64,000 nucleotides of DNA from Verrucomicrobiales bacterium (GCA_005791875.1 SXTU01000063.1:15347-79346); one strand, 5' to 3'. Counted from the first letter of the stretch, positions 8,477-17,769 are shown. A program made the numbers and translations. Notes: a model not told the origin generated them from the sequence alone.

Positions 8477-9847
8477 TCAGCGGCGAAGCTTCTTCTCGAG
8501 CATCATCACGGTCTGGCGCACGCCGGAGTCCACTTCCATGCGGTCCCGCACGACGCGGAAGGCGTGCAGCACGGTGCCGTGGTCGCGGCCGCCGAATGCC
8601 TCGCCGATGGTGTTGAGCGAGCTCTCGGTCATCTGGCGCGAAAGGAACATGGCGATCTGGCGCGGGAAGGCGATGTTCTCAGGCCGGCGCTTGCTGGTCA
8701 TGTCGGCGATGCGCAGGTCGAAGTGCTCGACGACGCGTTTTTGAATGACCTCGATGCTCAGGGTGAAGCGGCTTTCCTCATGCAGCACGTCGCGCAGGAG
8801 ATTCTCGGCGGTCTCGATGTTCATGGGCTTGCCCGTGAGCGAGGTGTAGGAGACGACGCGGATGAGCGCGCCTTCGAGGCGGCGGATGTTCGTGCGAATG
8901 CGGTTGGCGAGGAAGTCGGCGATGTCGTCGGGCAGCGTGCAGCCCATTGCCGCCGCGCGCTTGCGCAGGATGGCCATGCGCGTCTCGACATCGGGCGGCT
9001 GCAAGTCAGTGACCAGGCCCCACTCGAAGCGCGAGACGAGGCGTTGTTCCAGTCCTTGAATCTCGCTGGCCGGACGGTCGCAGGTCAGGACGATTTGTTT
9101 GTGCCCCTCGTGCAGCGCATTGAAGGTGTGGAAGAATTCCTCCTGGATGCGCTCCTTGCCCGAAAGGAACTGCACGTCGTCAATCAGCAGCAGGTCGGTC
9201 TGGCGATACTTCTTGCGGAAGCGCGCGAGGGAATTGTCCTGCAAGCCGGCGATGAACTCGTTGGTGAACTTCTCCGTGGTCATGTAAACCACGCGTGCGC
9301 CCTTCTTGTGCGCGGCGACCTGGTGGCCGATGGCGTGGAGGAGATGCGTCTTGCCCAAGCCGACGCCGCCGTAGAGGAAGAGCGGGTTGTAGGATTTGCC
9401 CGGGGCCTGCGCGACGGCGAGCGCCGCTGAGTGCGCGAACTGGTTGTTGCCGACGACGAAGGTGTCGAAGGTGTTGCGCGGGTTGAAGGCGGGGTCGGCT
9501 TCCTGTGGTGAGGAGTTGCTGTTGCGCGCGGACGCAGCGGGGGCGACGGCCTCGACAGACTTGCTCTTGGCCGCGTGCTGGTTCGTCGCGGGCGCGTGCG
9601 TGGCGACCCGGAAGCGCACGTCCAACTGCTTCCCCGTAGCGCTCGCGATCACGTCGCGCAGCAGGCCCAGATAGTTGTCCTTGAGCCACACCTCGCAAAA
9701 GTCGTCTGCGACTTCGAGCGTGAAGGTGGCGTTGTCCATTCCGACCGCGCGCACCGGTGCAAACCAGAGATTGTAGATCTCAGGATTGAGGAGCGAGCGG
9801 AGGTTTTCCTTGGCGGCTGACCAGATTTTTTCGGCGTTGGGCTGCAT
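8477..9847 (-). CDS. dnaA: chromosomal replication initiator DnaA
   Basis: Start at MQPNAEKIW (ATG at 9847). Walker A GGVGLGKTHLLHAIG, LLIDDVQFL, the sensor region, and the C-terminal DNA-binding domain ...IGEAFGGRDHGTVLHA. Confidence 0.95.
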   Translation of the reverse strand: MQPNAEKIWSAAKENLRSLLNPEIYNLWFAPVRAVGMDNATFTLEVADDFCEVWLKDNYLGLLRDVIASATGKQLDVRFRVATHAPATNQHAAKSKSVEAVAPAASARNSNSSPQEADPAFNPRNTFDTFVVGNNQFAHSAALAVAQAPGKSYNPLFLYGGVGLGKTHLLHAIGHQVAAHKKGARVVYMTTEKFTNEFIAGLQDNSLARFRKKYRQTDLLLIDDVQFLSGKERIQEEFFHTFNALHEGHKQIVLTCDRPASEIQGLEQRLVSRFEWGLVTDLQPPDVETRMAILRKRAAAMGCTLPDDIADFLANRIRTNIRRLEGALIRVVSYTSLTGKPMNIETAENLLRDVLHEESRFTLSIEVIQKRVVEHFDLRIADMTSKRRPENIAFPRQIAMFLSRQMTESSLNTIGEAFGGRDHGTVLHAFRVVRDRMEVDSGVRQTVMMLEKKLRR

Positions 9848-10275
9848 TTGCGTTGGTTTTCGCAAAAGCTCGGTTCCGTCCACCTTATTCACGCCGCTCT
9901 GTTACGGCCGGGTAACACCGATAAAGGCGCGGAATTCCGCGCGATTTGAGGTGGGTCCGGCGAGCTGGACAAAGCGTTTCATCGCGGCGTGGTTGGCGGG
10001 TTGGAGTCGGCTTAACAAGTTCAATTACAATTACTTAGAGTCTAATGCTTCCAGTTTTCGAGGAAAAACGTCCCTCAGTGTTCTGACGACCGGAAGTGCA
10101 TTGCGTGCGACAGCTTGTAAGGCAGCCATCCGGTGCTGGGAAGGACAATATGCTCGTTCTTGTTCGCAGGTTATTCACAGGTGAGTTTTGGCCAATAAAA
10201 TCAGGGTGTTTCAGTATTTTTTTGGCGGTTGCGACTGACCTTTGCATCCCTGCCGGCTGAGGAAGAACTTCCATC
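9848..10275. other. dnaA upstream region / candidate oriC (AT-rich tracts plus two DnaA-box-like TTATTCAC sites)
   Basis: TTATTCAC at 9885-9892 and TTATTCACA at 10171-10179, each one mismatch from TTATCCACA. AT-rich stretches lie near 10015-10075 and 10185-10225 in an otherwise GC-rich genome. This is the longest clean non-coding gap next to dnaA. Confidence 0.3.
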
Positions 10276-10635
<360 letters not shown>

Positions 10636-10684
10636 CTAACCACGAAGCCCCTCCTGTAAATCGGAAACTCGAAATGCGCGCGTA

Positions 10685-11632
10685 TTACTTCCGTCGCCAC
10701 TCCACCTTCGGCGGCTCCGGCAAGCCCTGCGCTCGCAGCGCCGTGCGAAAGTGCATCTTCGCCACGCGCGCCAGAGTCCCGACGCCGTGCTGCTCGACGA
10801 TTTCCTTCGCCACCCTGTCCACTGCGGCGGACGCGCCCTTCGGCAGTTCGACGCCGATCTCGCGGCCCAAGGCTGCCAGCCCCGTGACGAACGCGTGCCT
10901 TGCCAAAATCGAAGCCGCCGCCACCGCGAGATCCGCCTCCGCCTTGTGACGCTGGACGATCTTCAGGTTCAAGCCCCGCGCCTTCGCCTCGCGCGCCACC
11001 GTCGTCTCCGTCGCGGCGAACTGGTCAATGATCGCGTGCTCAGGCGACGGGTTTAGATGATGCGCCGGCGCGAGCACGGCGAGGATGGAGTTCACGTGAC
11101 CCTTCGCGAGCAGAGGATTCAGGCTCCCGATGTCGCGGTAGCGCTGGTTGTAGTTCACGCCGCCGAGCGTGAGCACCTCGTTGTGACAGCCTGGCGTTTC
11201 GCGGATGACTTTGGCGAGGTCCGCGATGCGTCGGTCGCTGCCAATGTTCTTCGAGTCCTGGATGCCCGCATCCTGCCACGCGCGCACCACCGACTCGTTC
11301 ACATACACCGCCGCGACGCACAGCGGGCCGAAGAAATCGCCCTTGCCCGACTCGTCCACACCGATGCGCGCCACGAACAACTCCGGGTGCAAGACCTCCT
11401 CGTAGCCCACCTCCGCGCGCTTGAGGATCTCCGGCTCCAGCACGAACTCGACGAACTCCTGCGTGCCCTTGCCCTGCACGACCAGCTTGCCGCTTTCGTA
11501 AAAGACCACGTTCAGCTTGTCCTTCTCTCCCGCAAACCGCGCATATGGCACCGCGCGCGGCTTGAACCCATGCTCGCGCAAGTGCCCGTCCAGCGCGGTG
11601 GCCTGCTCGTCCGTCAGCTTGCACGTGTGCAT
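10685..11632 (-). CDS. rnhC: ribonuclease HIII
   Basis: Start at MHTCKLTDEQ (ATG at 11632). N-terminal TBP-like domain (VVFYESGKLVVQGKG). RNase HII/HIII catalytic block IGVDESGKGDFFGPL and DSKNI. The upstream ORF extension only reads through heptamer repeats. Confidence 0.85.
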   Translation of the reverse strand: MHTCKLTDEQATALDGHLREHGFKPRAVPYARFAGEKDKLNVVFYESGKLVVQGKGTQEFVEFVLEPEILKRAEVGYEEVLHPELFVARIGVDESGKGDFFGPLCVAAVYVNESVVRAWQDAGIQDSKNIGSDRRIADLAKVIRETPGCHNEVLTLGGVNYNQRYRDIGSLNPLLAKGHVNSILAVLAPAHHLNPSPEHAIIDQFAATETTVAREAKARGLNLKIVQRHKAEADLAVAAASILARHAFVTGLAALGREIGVELPKGASAAVDRVAKEIVEQHGVGTLARVAKMHFRTALRAQGLPEPPKVEWRRK

Positions 11633-11653
11633 CGTCAGCGGTTTCACGCGGCG

Positions 11654-11745
11654 AGTTTCGAGTTTTGAGTTTCGAGTATCGAGTGCAAACTGCGCCCCCG
11701 TGCCGCAGCCCGCTCTCAGTCCAAAGTCCGAAGTCCAAAGTCCAA
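11654..11745. repeat. two AGT-phased heptamer arrays in the rnhC/mutY divergent region
   Basis: 11654-11688: AGTTTCG AGTTTTG AGTTTCG AGTATCG AGTGCAA. 11718-11745: AGTCCAA AGTCCGA AGTCCAA AGTCCAA. Confidence 0.85.
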
Positions 11746-11801
11746 GGGTGCGTTGTGCCACCGCCACGCGCTCGGTGATTCCGCGTTCCTTGGTTCCCTC
11801 C

Positions 11802-12878
11802 ATGCTCGAATGGTTCGCGCACAATGCGCGCGATCTCCCGTGGCGGCGCACGCTCGATCCCTACGCCATCTGGATCAGCGAGATCATGCTCCAGCAGACG
11901 CAGGTGAAAACTGTCATCCCGTATTGGCAGCGCTGGATGCGCGAGCTGCCCAACGTGGCCGTGCTCGCCGCGGCACCGGAGCAGCGCGTGCTGAAACTCT
12001 GGGAAGGCCTCGGCTACTACACGCGCGTCCGCAACCTGCAAAAGGCCGCGCAACACATCGTCGCGACGCACGCCGGCCAGTTCCCACGCGACTTCGACGC
12101 CGTGCTCGCCCTGCCCGGCGTGGGCCGCTACACCGCCGGTGCGATCTCGAGCATCGCCTTCAACGCCCCGGCTCCCATCCTCGACGGCAACGTCATTCGC
12201 GTCCTCACCCGCCTCCTCGCCATCGCCGAAAGCCCCGGCGAGAAGGCGACCAACGAACTGCTCTGGCGACTTGCCACCCGACTCGTCGAAGCCGCGGCCG
12301 CCCACTCCTCACCAATCACTAATCACTCCTCACTTCTGCTTTCCGGTTCCTGTTCCGCGTTGAACCAATCCCTCATGGAACTCGGCGCGACCGTCTGCAC
12401 GCCGCAGAACGCGCAATGTCTGCTCTGCCCCGTGCGCGCCCACTGTGCTGCGCGCCGCGAGGGCCGCGTGGATGAGCTGCCGAACCTCGGCCCGCGTGCG
12501 GCCGCCACCAGTCGCGAGTTCCACGCATTCGCAGTGGAGCACAGCGGAAAGTTCCTCGTCGCGCAGCGGCCCGGCGGCGTTGTCAACGCGGGCTTGTGGG
12601 AATTCCCCAACCTCGAAGTCACGGGAACGCACGGCGCACCGGCAGCTTCACTGGAGCAGCTTCTGCAATTCGCCGCCCGCTGCGAGCCGTTGTGCGTGGT
12701 GAAGCACTCCATCACCCGCTACCGCATCACCCAGCGTGCGTTTCACATCCGGCTCACGCGGCCGCCTGACGACCTCGGCTCACAGTTCCGCTGGCTGGCC
12801 TTGCCGGGATTACACGCGCTCCCCTTCAGCAGCGCCCACAAGCGCATCCTCGCGCGCCTTGCCGAAACCAGCAGGTAA
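11802..12878 (+). CDS. mutY: A/G-specific adenine DNA glycosylase
   Basis: Start at MLEWFAHNARDLPWRR (ATG 11802). Motifs: YAIWISEIMLQQTQV, the HhH LPGVGRYTAGAI, the 4Fe-4S loop CTPQNAQCLLCPVRAHC, and a NUDIX-like C-terminal domain. Confidence 0.9.
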   Translation: MLEWFAHNARDLPWRRTLDPYAIWISEIMLQQTQVKTVIPYWQRWMRELPNVAVLAAAPEQRVLKLWEGLGYYTRVRNLQKAAQHIVATHAGQFPRDFDAVLALPGVGRYTAGAISSIAFNAPAPILDGNVIRVLTRLLAIAESPGEKATNELLWRLATRLVEAAAAHSSPITNHSSLLLSGSCSALNQSLMELGATVCTPQNAQCLLCPVRAHCAARREGRVDELPNLGPRAAATSREFHAFAVEHSGKFLVAQRPGGVVNAGLWEFPNLEVTGTHGAPAASLEQLLQFAARCEPLCVVKHSITRYRITQRAFHIRLTRPPDDLGSQFRWLALPGLHALPFSSAHKRILARLAETSR

Positions 12879-12892
12879 AACCACTGGGCCAA

Positions 12893-12964
12893 CCACAGAG
12901 ACGTGATGACCACAGTGAAAGATGATGGCTGTCTTCTCTCTCTGTGTTCATCGCGTCTCTGTGG
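12893..12964. repeat. 23-bp-stem hairpin 15 nt downstream of mutY stop
   Basis: ccacagagacgtgatgaccacag (12893-12915) pairs with ctgtgttcatcgcgtctctgtgg (12942-12964), with 2 mismatches. No U-tract follows, so it is not a canonical intrinsic terminator. Confidence 0.6.
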
Positions 12965-13133
12965 TCCAATGCGGGTGGCCCTCCGACATCGTTCAGCCAT
13001 CGCAGGCGCTTGTGTCCTTCGGGCGGAATGATAATTTCGCCAATTTCTCCGGTCTGACGCTCTGGTCGGCGATCCATGCGTGGCCAGATGGCTGGCACTT
13101 GCGAAAAAACTGGCGTCCACCGGGCACGGGATC

Positions 13134-13994
13134 ATGAAAGTGAAGCAAGCAGTTTTGCGATCGAACCAATGCTCGCGGCAGCGGCTGGTGCTGGTCCTCG
13201 TCCTGGCCTGTGCCGTGGTGTTTGTCCTGCCCCTGACAGTGGCCCACGCGGCGAGCGTCGTCCTGTGGGACACGGGCGCGCCCCTCACCAGAACCGGCGT
13301 TCCGGCAAGCCGGACGGGCTGGAAGGCTCTTCCGACGGAGCTGTTCGCGTTCGAAGCGGAGCCAGCCAAGGTGGCCTCGGACCCCGGATACTCGGGCCGC
13401 GAATACGCCTTCAAGAGCGACGTGGTTGTGGAGAACCAGAGCTTGGTCGCCGTGTCCTCGGTGGCGCGCGGGAGCGTGGGGATTTATGCGAAGGGCGGGA
13501 GGTTGATTGCCGAGGCTGTTCCAATTGCGCCCTCAGCCATTCGCTGCGTCGCCATTGTGCGCAATGCCGGGGACGAGGTGGTGCTCAAAGTCAGCTACTC
13601 GGGCGCGGGCGAATCGGCGGTGTTTTCGTTTGGCCGCAGCGACATCGTGGAGATGAAGCCGACGTGCAAGCTGAAGGGCCTGCGGCTGTTGAGTCCGATG
13701 CAGTATGGCGTGCTGCCAGCCTTCATCGGCGACGACCTCATCTATGATCCGGCGGCGTTTCCCGAAGTGAAGTCACTGGCCGTTCCGTCGGAAAATCTGT
13801 TCCTGGGTTTGCAGCCCGGCGGTGACCGCGTGCTGGTCGTGACGTGGCCGAAGGGGCGGCAACAAGTCCAGCTCGGCCTCAGCGGTGCGGCGGACAAACG
13901 CAGGATCGAGTCGCTCGACATCCAAGGCGATGGTCAGAGTTTCTTCCTCGCGTCGCTGGCCGCGCCCGGCATCTGGCATCGAGAGCAGTTGTAG
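13134..13994 (+). CDS. hypothetical exported protein, N-terminal segment of a probable ~1020-aa gene interrupted by in-frame stops
   Basis: ATG at 13134 gives MKVKQAVLRSNQCSRQRLVLVLVLACAVVFVLPLTVAHA, a signal or signal-anchor. The segment is beta-rich and ends at TAG 13992-13994. It is in the same frame as the next two ORFs. Confidence 0.6.
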   Translation: MKVKQAVLRSNQCSRQRLVLVLVLACAVVFVLPLTVAHAASVVLWDTGAPLTRTGVPASRTGWKALPTELFAFEAEPAKVASDPGYSGREYAFKSDVVVENQSLVAVSSVARGSVGIYAKGGRLIAEAVPIAPSAIRCVAIVRNAGDEVVLKVSYSGAGESAVFSFGRSDIVEMKPTCKLKGLRLLSPMQYGVLPAFIGDDLIYDPAAFPEVKSLAVPSENLFLGLQPGGDRVLVVTWPKGRQQVQLGLSGAADKRRIESLDIQGDGQSFFLASLAAPGIWHREQL

Positions 13995-14015
13995 GCGGGC
14001 TTTCTCGAGAAGGAC

Positions 14016-14738
14016 GTGGCGCTCGCGTGGAAGCGCCCGTTCCCGGCGAAGTGGAAGACGCAGTTGTTCGAGGGCGGCACGGGGGCGACTTATGCCTTCC
14101 GCGCAGCCAAGGGCACGGTCTGGCGCGGCGTGCCAGGCTCGTATGATTTCCCCGCGTGGTGCGATGGTGAGACAGCCATGATGCGCCTCGGCAAGAAAGT
14201 TCCACCCAAGGGCGACGCGCTGATCTACTTCACCGAAGCGCGCGACACGCCGCTGGCGTTCACGCCGCCGGTCGACATTCTGAAAGCGACGCTCGGCCGT
14301 CCCATGAGCGAGGAGATGATGGATCCTGCTGGTCGCAAGCTGCGCACGCATCATCGGCGCGGCGGCGATGGCGTGCATCGCGCCTGCACCTGCGGCTACA
14401 CGGAGGCGATCGAGGCGGTGTTCAAGCTGCGAGAGGAAGCCGGCAAGAAGGCATTCATCGCCGATGCCCTTGACGAAATGACTTTCTTCGTGCGCATGCA
14501 TCTGGAACGCATCGCCGAGTATCAGCAGTTTGCCGCCGACATGACGAAGGACCTGCGGTCCAGGGCGCAGACCTCGCCCGAGCTGAAGCCCTTCCTCGAC
14601 AACCTCGAACAGCTCGTGCAGCAGATCCCGCAGGAGTGCGAGGAGCAGAAGGAGAACATGAAGTCGCTGGATCACGCCGCCGACCTTGTCCGCCAGACCA
14701 TGGCGCTGACGAGCAAGTCGGACCCCGACAACTTGTAA
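14016..14738 (+). CDS. hypothetical protein, middle segment (beta region then long helical/coiled-coil region)
   Basis: The only start is GTG. No signal peptide. The frame is identical to 13134..13994, with just 7 sense codons after the TAG. Ends at TAA 14736-14738. Confidence 0.5.
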   Translation: MALAWKRPFPAKWKTQLFEGGTGATYAFRAAKGTVWRGVPGSYDFPAWCDGETAMMRLGKKVPPKGDALIYFTEARDTPLAFTPPVDILKATLGRPMSEEMMDPAGRKLRTHHRRGGDGVHRACTCGYTEAIEAVFKLREEAGKKAFIADALDEMTFFVRMHLERIAEYQQFAADMTKDLRSRAQTSPELKPFLDNLEQLVQQIPQECEEQKENMKSLDHAADLVRQTMALTSKSDPDNL

Positions 14739-14744
14739 ACCTAC

Positions 14745-16205
14745 ATGGCTCTCTACAAGGCGTGGCGCGCGCTGGTGCGGCTGGACATCGCGAATGCGCC
14801 GGTGAAGGAGTTCCGGCTGAAGATTCTGCTGACGGTCACGAACGTGGACATCACCGGCGGGAACATCCGGCGGCGCGACCAGACCGGCGAGGTGTGGCGC
14901 GTGGAGTTGCAGAACAAACTGCGCGGCCAGCACACGTTCATGGTGACGTGGGAGCCAGCCCGCACCGCGAAGGCGAACGCGCCCGTGGACGTGCCGGCAG
15001 TCGAGGCCGTGGGCGTCGAGCGCGAGACGGGGTCGGTGGCCACCCTCGCGAAGCCGCCACTGCAAGTTTCGGAGAAGGCCAAGAGCGGCGAACTGCTCAC
15101 CGCGGACCCGCGCGAGTTGTCCGAGTGGGCGGCGGCTTACGTCAGCGGCGGAAAGGGCGAGCAGGTCGTCCTCGCGTGGCGTTACCTGCGGCCCGGCTGG
15201 AAGCTGGCGGTGACGCCGCAGCGCTTCGCCGAGGCGGCGGTGTTACAGGCGCTCGTGGACAGCGCGCGGCTCACGACCGTGGTGGCCGCCGACGGGCAGA
15301 TGATGACGGAGGTGTCGCTGTCCGTGCGCAACAACGGGCGACAGTTCCTCGAAGTGGAGCTGCCGCCGGGCGCGATGGTCTGGAGCGCGTTCGTCGCCGG
15401 CACGCCGGTGCGGCCCACGAAGCAGGGCGGCAAGCTGCTGCTGCCGCCCGACTACGAATACACGGACTTCGCCGGCACGATGGGCCGCGACCTCAGCGGC
15501 GCGCCGGTGGTGACGGTGAACTACTCGGCCACGGAGTATTCCCGGCAGGAACAGCGCAACAAGGAGACGCGCGACACCGAGGCGAAGACGAGCTTGGGCC
15601 GGTTGAGCGGGATGCTGTCATCGGGCAACCTGAGCGCGGCGAACAACGAGTTCTTCAACTACAAGCGCAACGTGAACAACCCGCAGGGCAATCGCGGTGG
15701 CCAAGGCGGCCAAGCGGGCAAGGACATGGACGCGGATGGCGAGTTGCGGCAGTTGAGGGGAGTCAAAACCCAGCTCCGCCGCTCACAGGCGAGCAACTTG
15801 GTGCAGGCGCAGCAGGCCTACACCTTGGATAACGCGACGAAGCTGGGCTTGAACGTGGACAACTATTTCGCAGCGGGCAATGACGCCAAAGGCGCGCAAC
15901 AGCCCGCCCAGCAAGTCCTGCTCTACGACACCGACGCCGCCGAGCAACAGCTCGAGAAGCTCCAGAAAGCGCAGGAAGTGATCGTGGCGACGGTGCAGCC
16001 GCTGCGCGTGAACCTCCCCTTGCGCGGCCAGCGCCACGCCTTCACCCAAGTCCTCCAGACCGAGGTGAACAAGCCGATGACGGTCGAGTTCACCGCGCGC
16101 AACCAAAAGGCCGGCGGCTGGCTCAAGCCCATCGCGCTGACGCTCGCTGCGTTCCTCGCCCTGTGGATTGCAGCCGCTGTATTCGCCCAGCGCCGGAGGG
16201 CGTAG
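14745..16205 (+). CDS. hypothetical protein, C-terminal segment with C-terminal transmembrane anchor
   Basis: The ATG lies 2 codons after the TAA and in the same frame. No signal peptide. Beta-rich (LSVRNNGRQFLEVELPPGAMVWSAFVAGTPVRP), followed by a Q/N-rich region and a C-terminal TM helix WLKPIALTLAAFLALWIAAAVFAQRRRA. Confidence 0.6.
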   Translation: MALYKAWRALVRLDIANAPVKEFRLKILLTVTNVDITGGNIRRRDQTGEVWRVELQNKLRGQHTFMVTWEPARTAKANAPVDVPAVEAVGVERETGSVATLAKPPLQVSEKAKSGELLTADPRELSEWAAAYVSGGKGEQVVLAWRYLRPGWKLAVTPQRFAEAAVLQALVDSARLTTVVAADGQMMTEVSLSVRNNGRQFLEVELPPGAMVWSAFVAGTPVRPTKQGGKLLLPPDYEYTDFAGTMGRDLSGAPVVTVNYSATEYSRQEQRNKETRDTEAKTSLGRLSGMLSSGNLSAANNEFFNYKRNVNNPQGNRGGQGGQAGKDMDADGELRQLRGVKTQLRRSQASNLVQAQQAYTLDNATKLGLNVDNYFAAGNDAKGAQQPAQQVLLYDTDAAEQQLEKLQKAQEVIVATVQPLRVNLPLRGQRHAFTQVLQTEVNKPMTVEFTARNQKAGGWLKPIALTLAAFLALWIAAAVFAQRRRA

Positions 16206-16217
16206 CTCCCCGCTCCC

Positions 16218-16786
16218 GTAGGAGACGACGTGAGGAGTCTCTGACTGATCCCAATTCCTGAAGGCAATCGGGGTGATGCCAACCAGGCACCACGCCGCGC
16301 GCCTTCTACCCTCCTCGGGGAGAAGGTGGCCGCAGGCCGGATGAGGGGTGGGGCCGCCAACGCCGACGCACGTAACCCCTCACCCCCAAACCTCTCCATA
16401 AACCTCCCGATAAGGACCCAAAGATTAGGGGCGGACAAAGATGGGCGCTGGAATCTTTGTCCGTCCCAAATCTTTGGGTTTCCCGGCTTTGCTTCATGGT
16501 CCCAATGCGCGGCTTGCAAGCCGTGGCGGCGGCCCATGAACCTCTGCGGCTGTCCCGCCTCTGCGGTGTCTGCCCCGAATTTACACCGCAGAGACGGGAC
16601 GGACGCAGAGGCCGAGGTTCATGGGCTGAAATCGCGGCCGTTGGCGGGCCGCGGATTCTCTACCCTCCTCTGAGGAAGGGAGAGGGAGCCAGCGCGGGTA
16701 GCCGTTCCAAAGTCATTCCACCGAGTGTCATTCGGAGTTGGTAGGATATGGCCGAAACAAGTGAGACTCCTCACGTCGTCACCTAC
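16218..16786. repeat. 569-bp structured non-coding block bounded by a 24-nt inverted repeat, containing two long hairpins
   Basis: gtaggagacgacgtgaggagtctc (16218-16241) pairs with gagactcctcacgtcgtcacctac (16763-16786). One hairpin has 27-bp arms at 16416-16442 and 16453-16479. A second has arms at 16535-16568 and 16584-16623. ttctaccctcctc-type direct repeats sit near 16305 and 16656. Confidence 0.75.
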
Positions 16787-16790
16787 GAAG

Positions 16791-17642
16791 TCAGCGCTGA
16801 CACTGCGGGCAGTAGAACGTGCTCCGCGCGGCCTGGACGAGGCGCTGGATGGGCGCGGCGCAGTTCACGCAGGGCTGGCCCGCGCGGTCATACACCCGCA
16901 GCCGTTCCTGGTAGAAAGCCGAGTTACCTTCCACCGCGCCGTAGTAAAACAACCCGTCCCGCTTCCCGCCGCCCGCGAAGTCCAACGGGATGGTGCTGCC
17001 GCACTCAATCGCCTCCGCCAGCACTTCGCGGATGGCCGCGTGCAACCGCGCGACCTCGTCCGCCTTCACTCGCCGCGCCACCCGCCTCGGTGACAGACCC
17101 GCGCGAAAGAGCGCCTCGCTCGCGTAGATGTTCCCGATCCCCGCCACCAGCGACTGGTCGAGCAGCTTCACCTTGATGGCCTGCGCCGAGCGACGCAGCG
17201 CGGCGTGAAACGCAACGACGGAAAACCCTTCGTCCCACGGCTCCGGCCCGAGAGCGCGCACCGCCGAGTCGTCCAGCGTGAACCGCCCGAACTGGCGCGG
17301 GTCTTCATAGACAAAATTGTTCCGGCCCAAGCCCAGCACCACGACCGCGTGTTTCGGCAGCGGCGCGCGCTTCGGCAGCAGGAACATCCGCCCCGTCATG
17401 CCCAGATGCCCGGTGACAGTGACCTCACCTGCCCTACCCGGCCGCCGCAGCGTGAACACCAGATACTTGCCCCGCCGCGCCAGCCCCACGAACCGCGCAC
17501 CCACCAGCACGGCCCGCAGCCCGCGTTCAGTCGTGGGCCGACTCACCTTCACCTTCCGCACCACGACGCTGCGGACCACTTTGTTCCGCAGCACCGGCGC
17601 AAGGTAACGGACAAGGACTTCGACTTCAGGCAGTTCAGGCAC
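16791..17642 (-). CDS. mutM: formamidopyrimidine-DNA glycosylase
   Basis: The GTG start at 17642 gives M-PELPEVEV, with the catalytic Pro2 required by the family. The H2TH region GIGNIYASEALFRAGLSP and the C-terminal zinc finger CVNC...CPQC are present. The longer ORF to 17825 would bury the N-terminal proline. Confidence 0.9.
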   Translation of the reverse strand: MPELPEVEVLVRYLAPVLRNKVVRSVVVRKVKVSRPTTERGLRAVLVGARFVGLARRGKYLVFTLRRPGRAGEVTVTGHLGMTGRMFLLPKRAPLPKHAVVVLGLGRNNFVYEDPRQFGRFTLDDSAVRALGPEPWDEGFSVVAFHAALRRSAQAIKVKLLDQSLVAGIGNIYASEALFRAGLSPRRVARRVKADEVARLHAAIREVLAEAIECGSTIPLDFAGGGKRDGLFYYGAVEGNSAFYQERLRVYDRAGQPCVNCAAPIQRLVQAARSTFYCPQCQR

Positions 17643-17769
17643 CAAGACAGCTTGCCGAGAGGCTCGCTGAACTGGAAGCTTGGGGGCATGAAGTTTGTCC
17701 AAAATTCCTTTCATGCACAGCACAGCCGCCGCCGTCAAAACGCGCGTTGAATTTCCGCCTCCAATTCGT

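Noticed and set aside
11654-11745. Heptamer arrays as a CRISPR array or a coding repeat
   Set aside because: The period is 7 nt with no spacers. The arrays are 20-35 nt long and no cas genes are present. The ORFs that read through them (the rnhC and mutY 5' extensions) start upstream of the conserved N-termini.
13992-14738. Stop-codon reassignment (alternative genetic code) as the explanation for in-frame TAG, TAA and TGA
   Set aside because: All three stop codons terminate well-conserved genes at the expected C-termini. Examples are TGA for the DUF1553 gene at 20814, TAA for mutY at 12878 and TAG for the ORF ending at 16205. A recoded genome is therefore not supported.
11802-17642. mutY and mutM as a GO-repair operon
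   Set aside because: They lie on opposite strands, separated by about 3.9 kb of unrelated (decayed) gene and a repeat block. Their proximity is probably coincidental.
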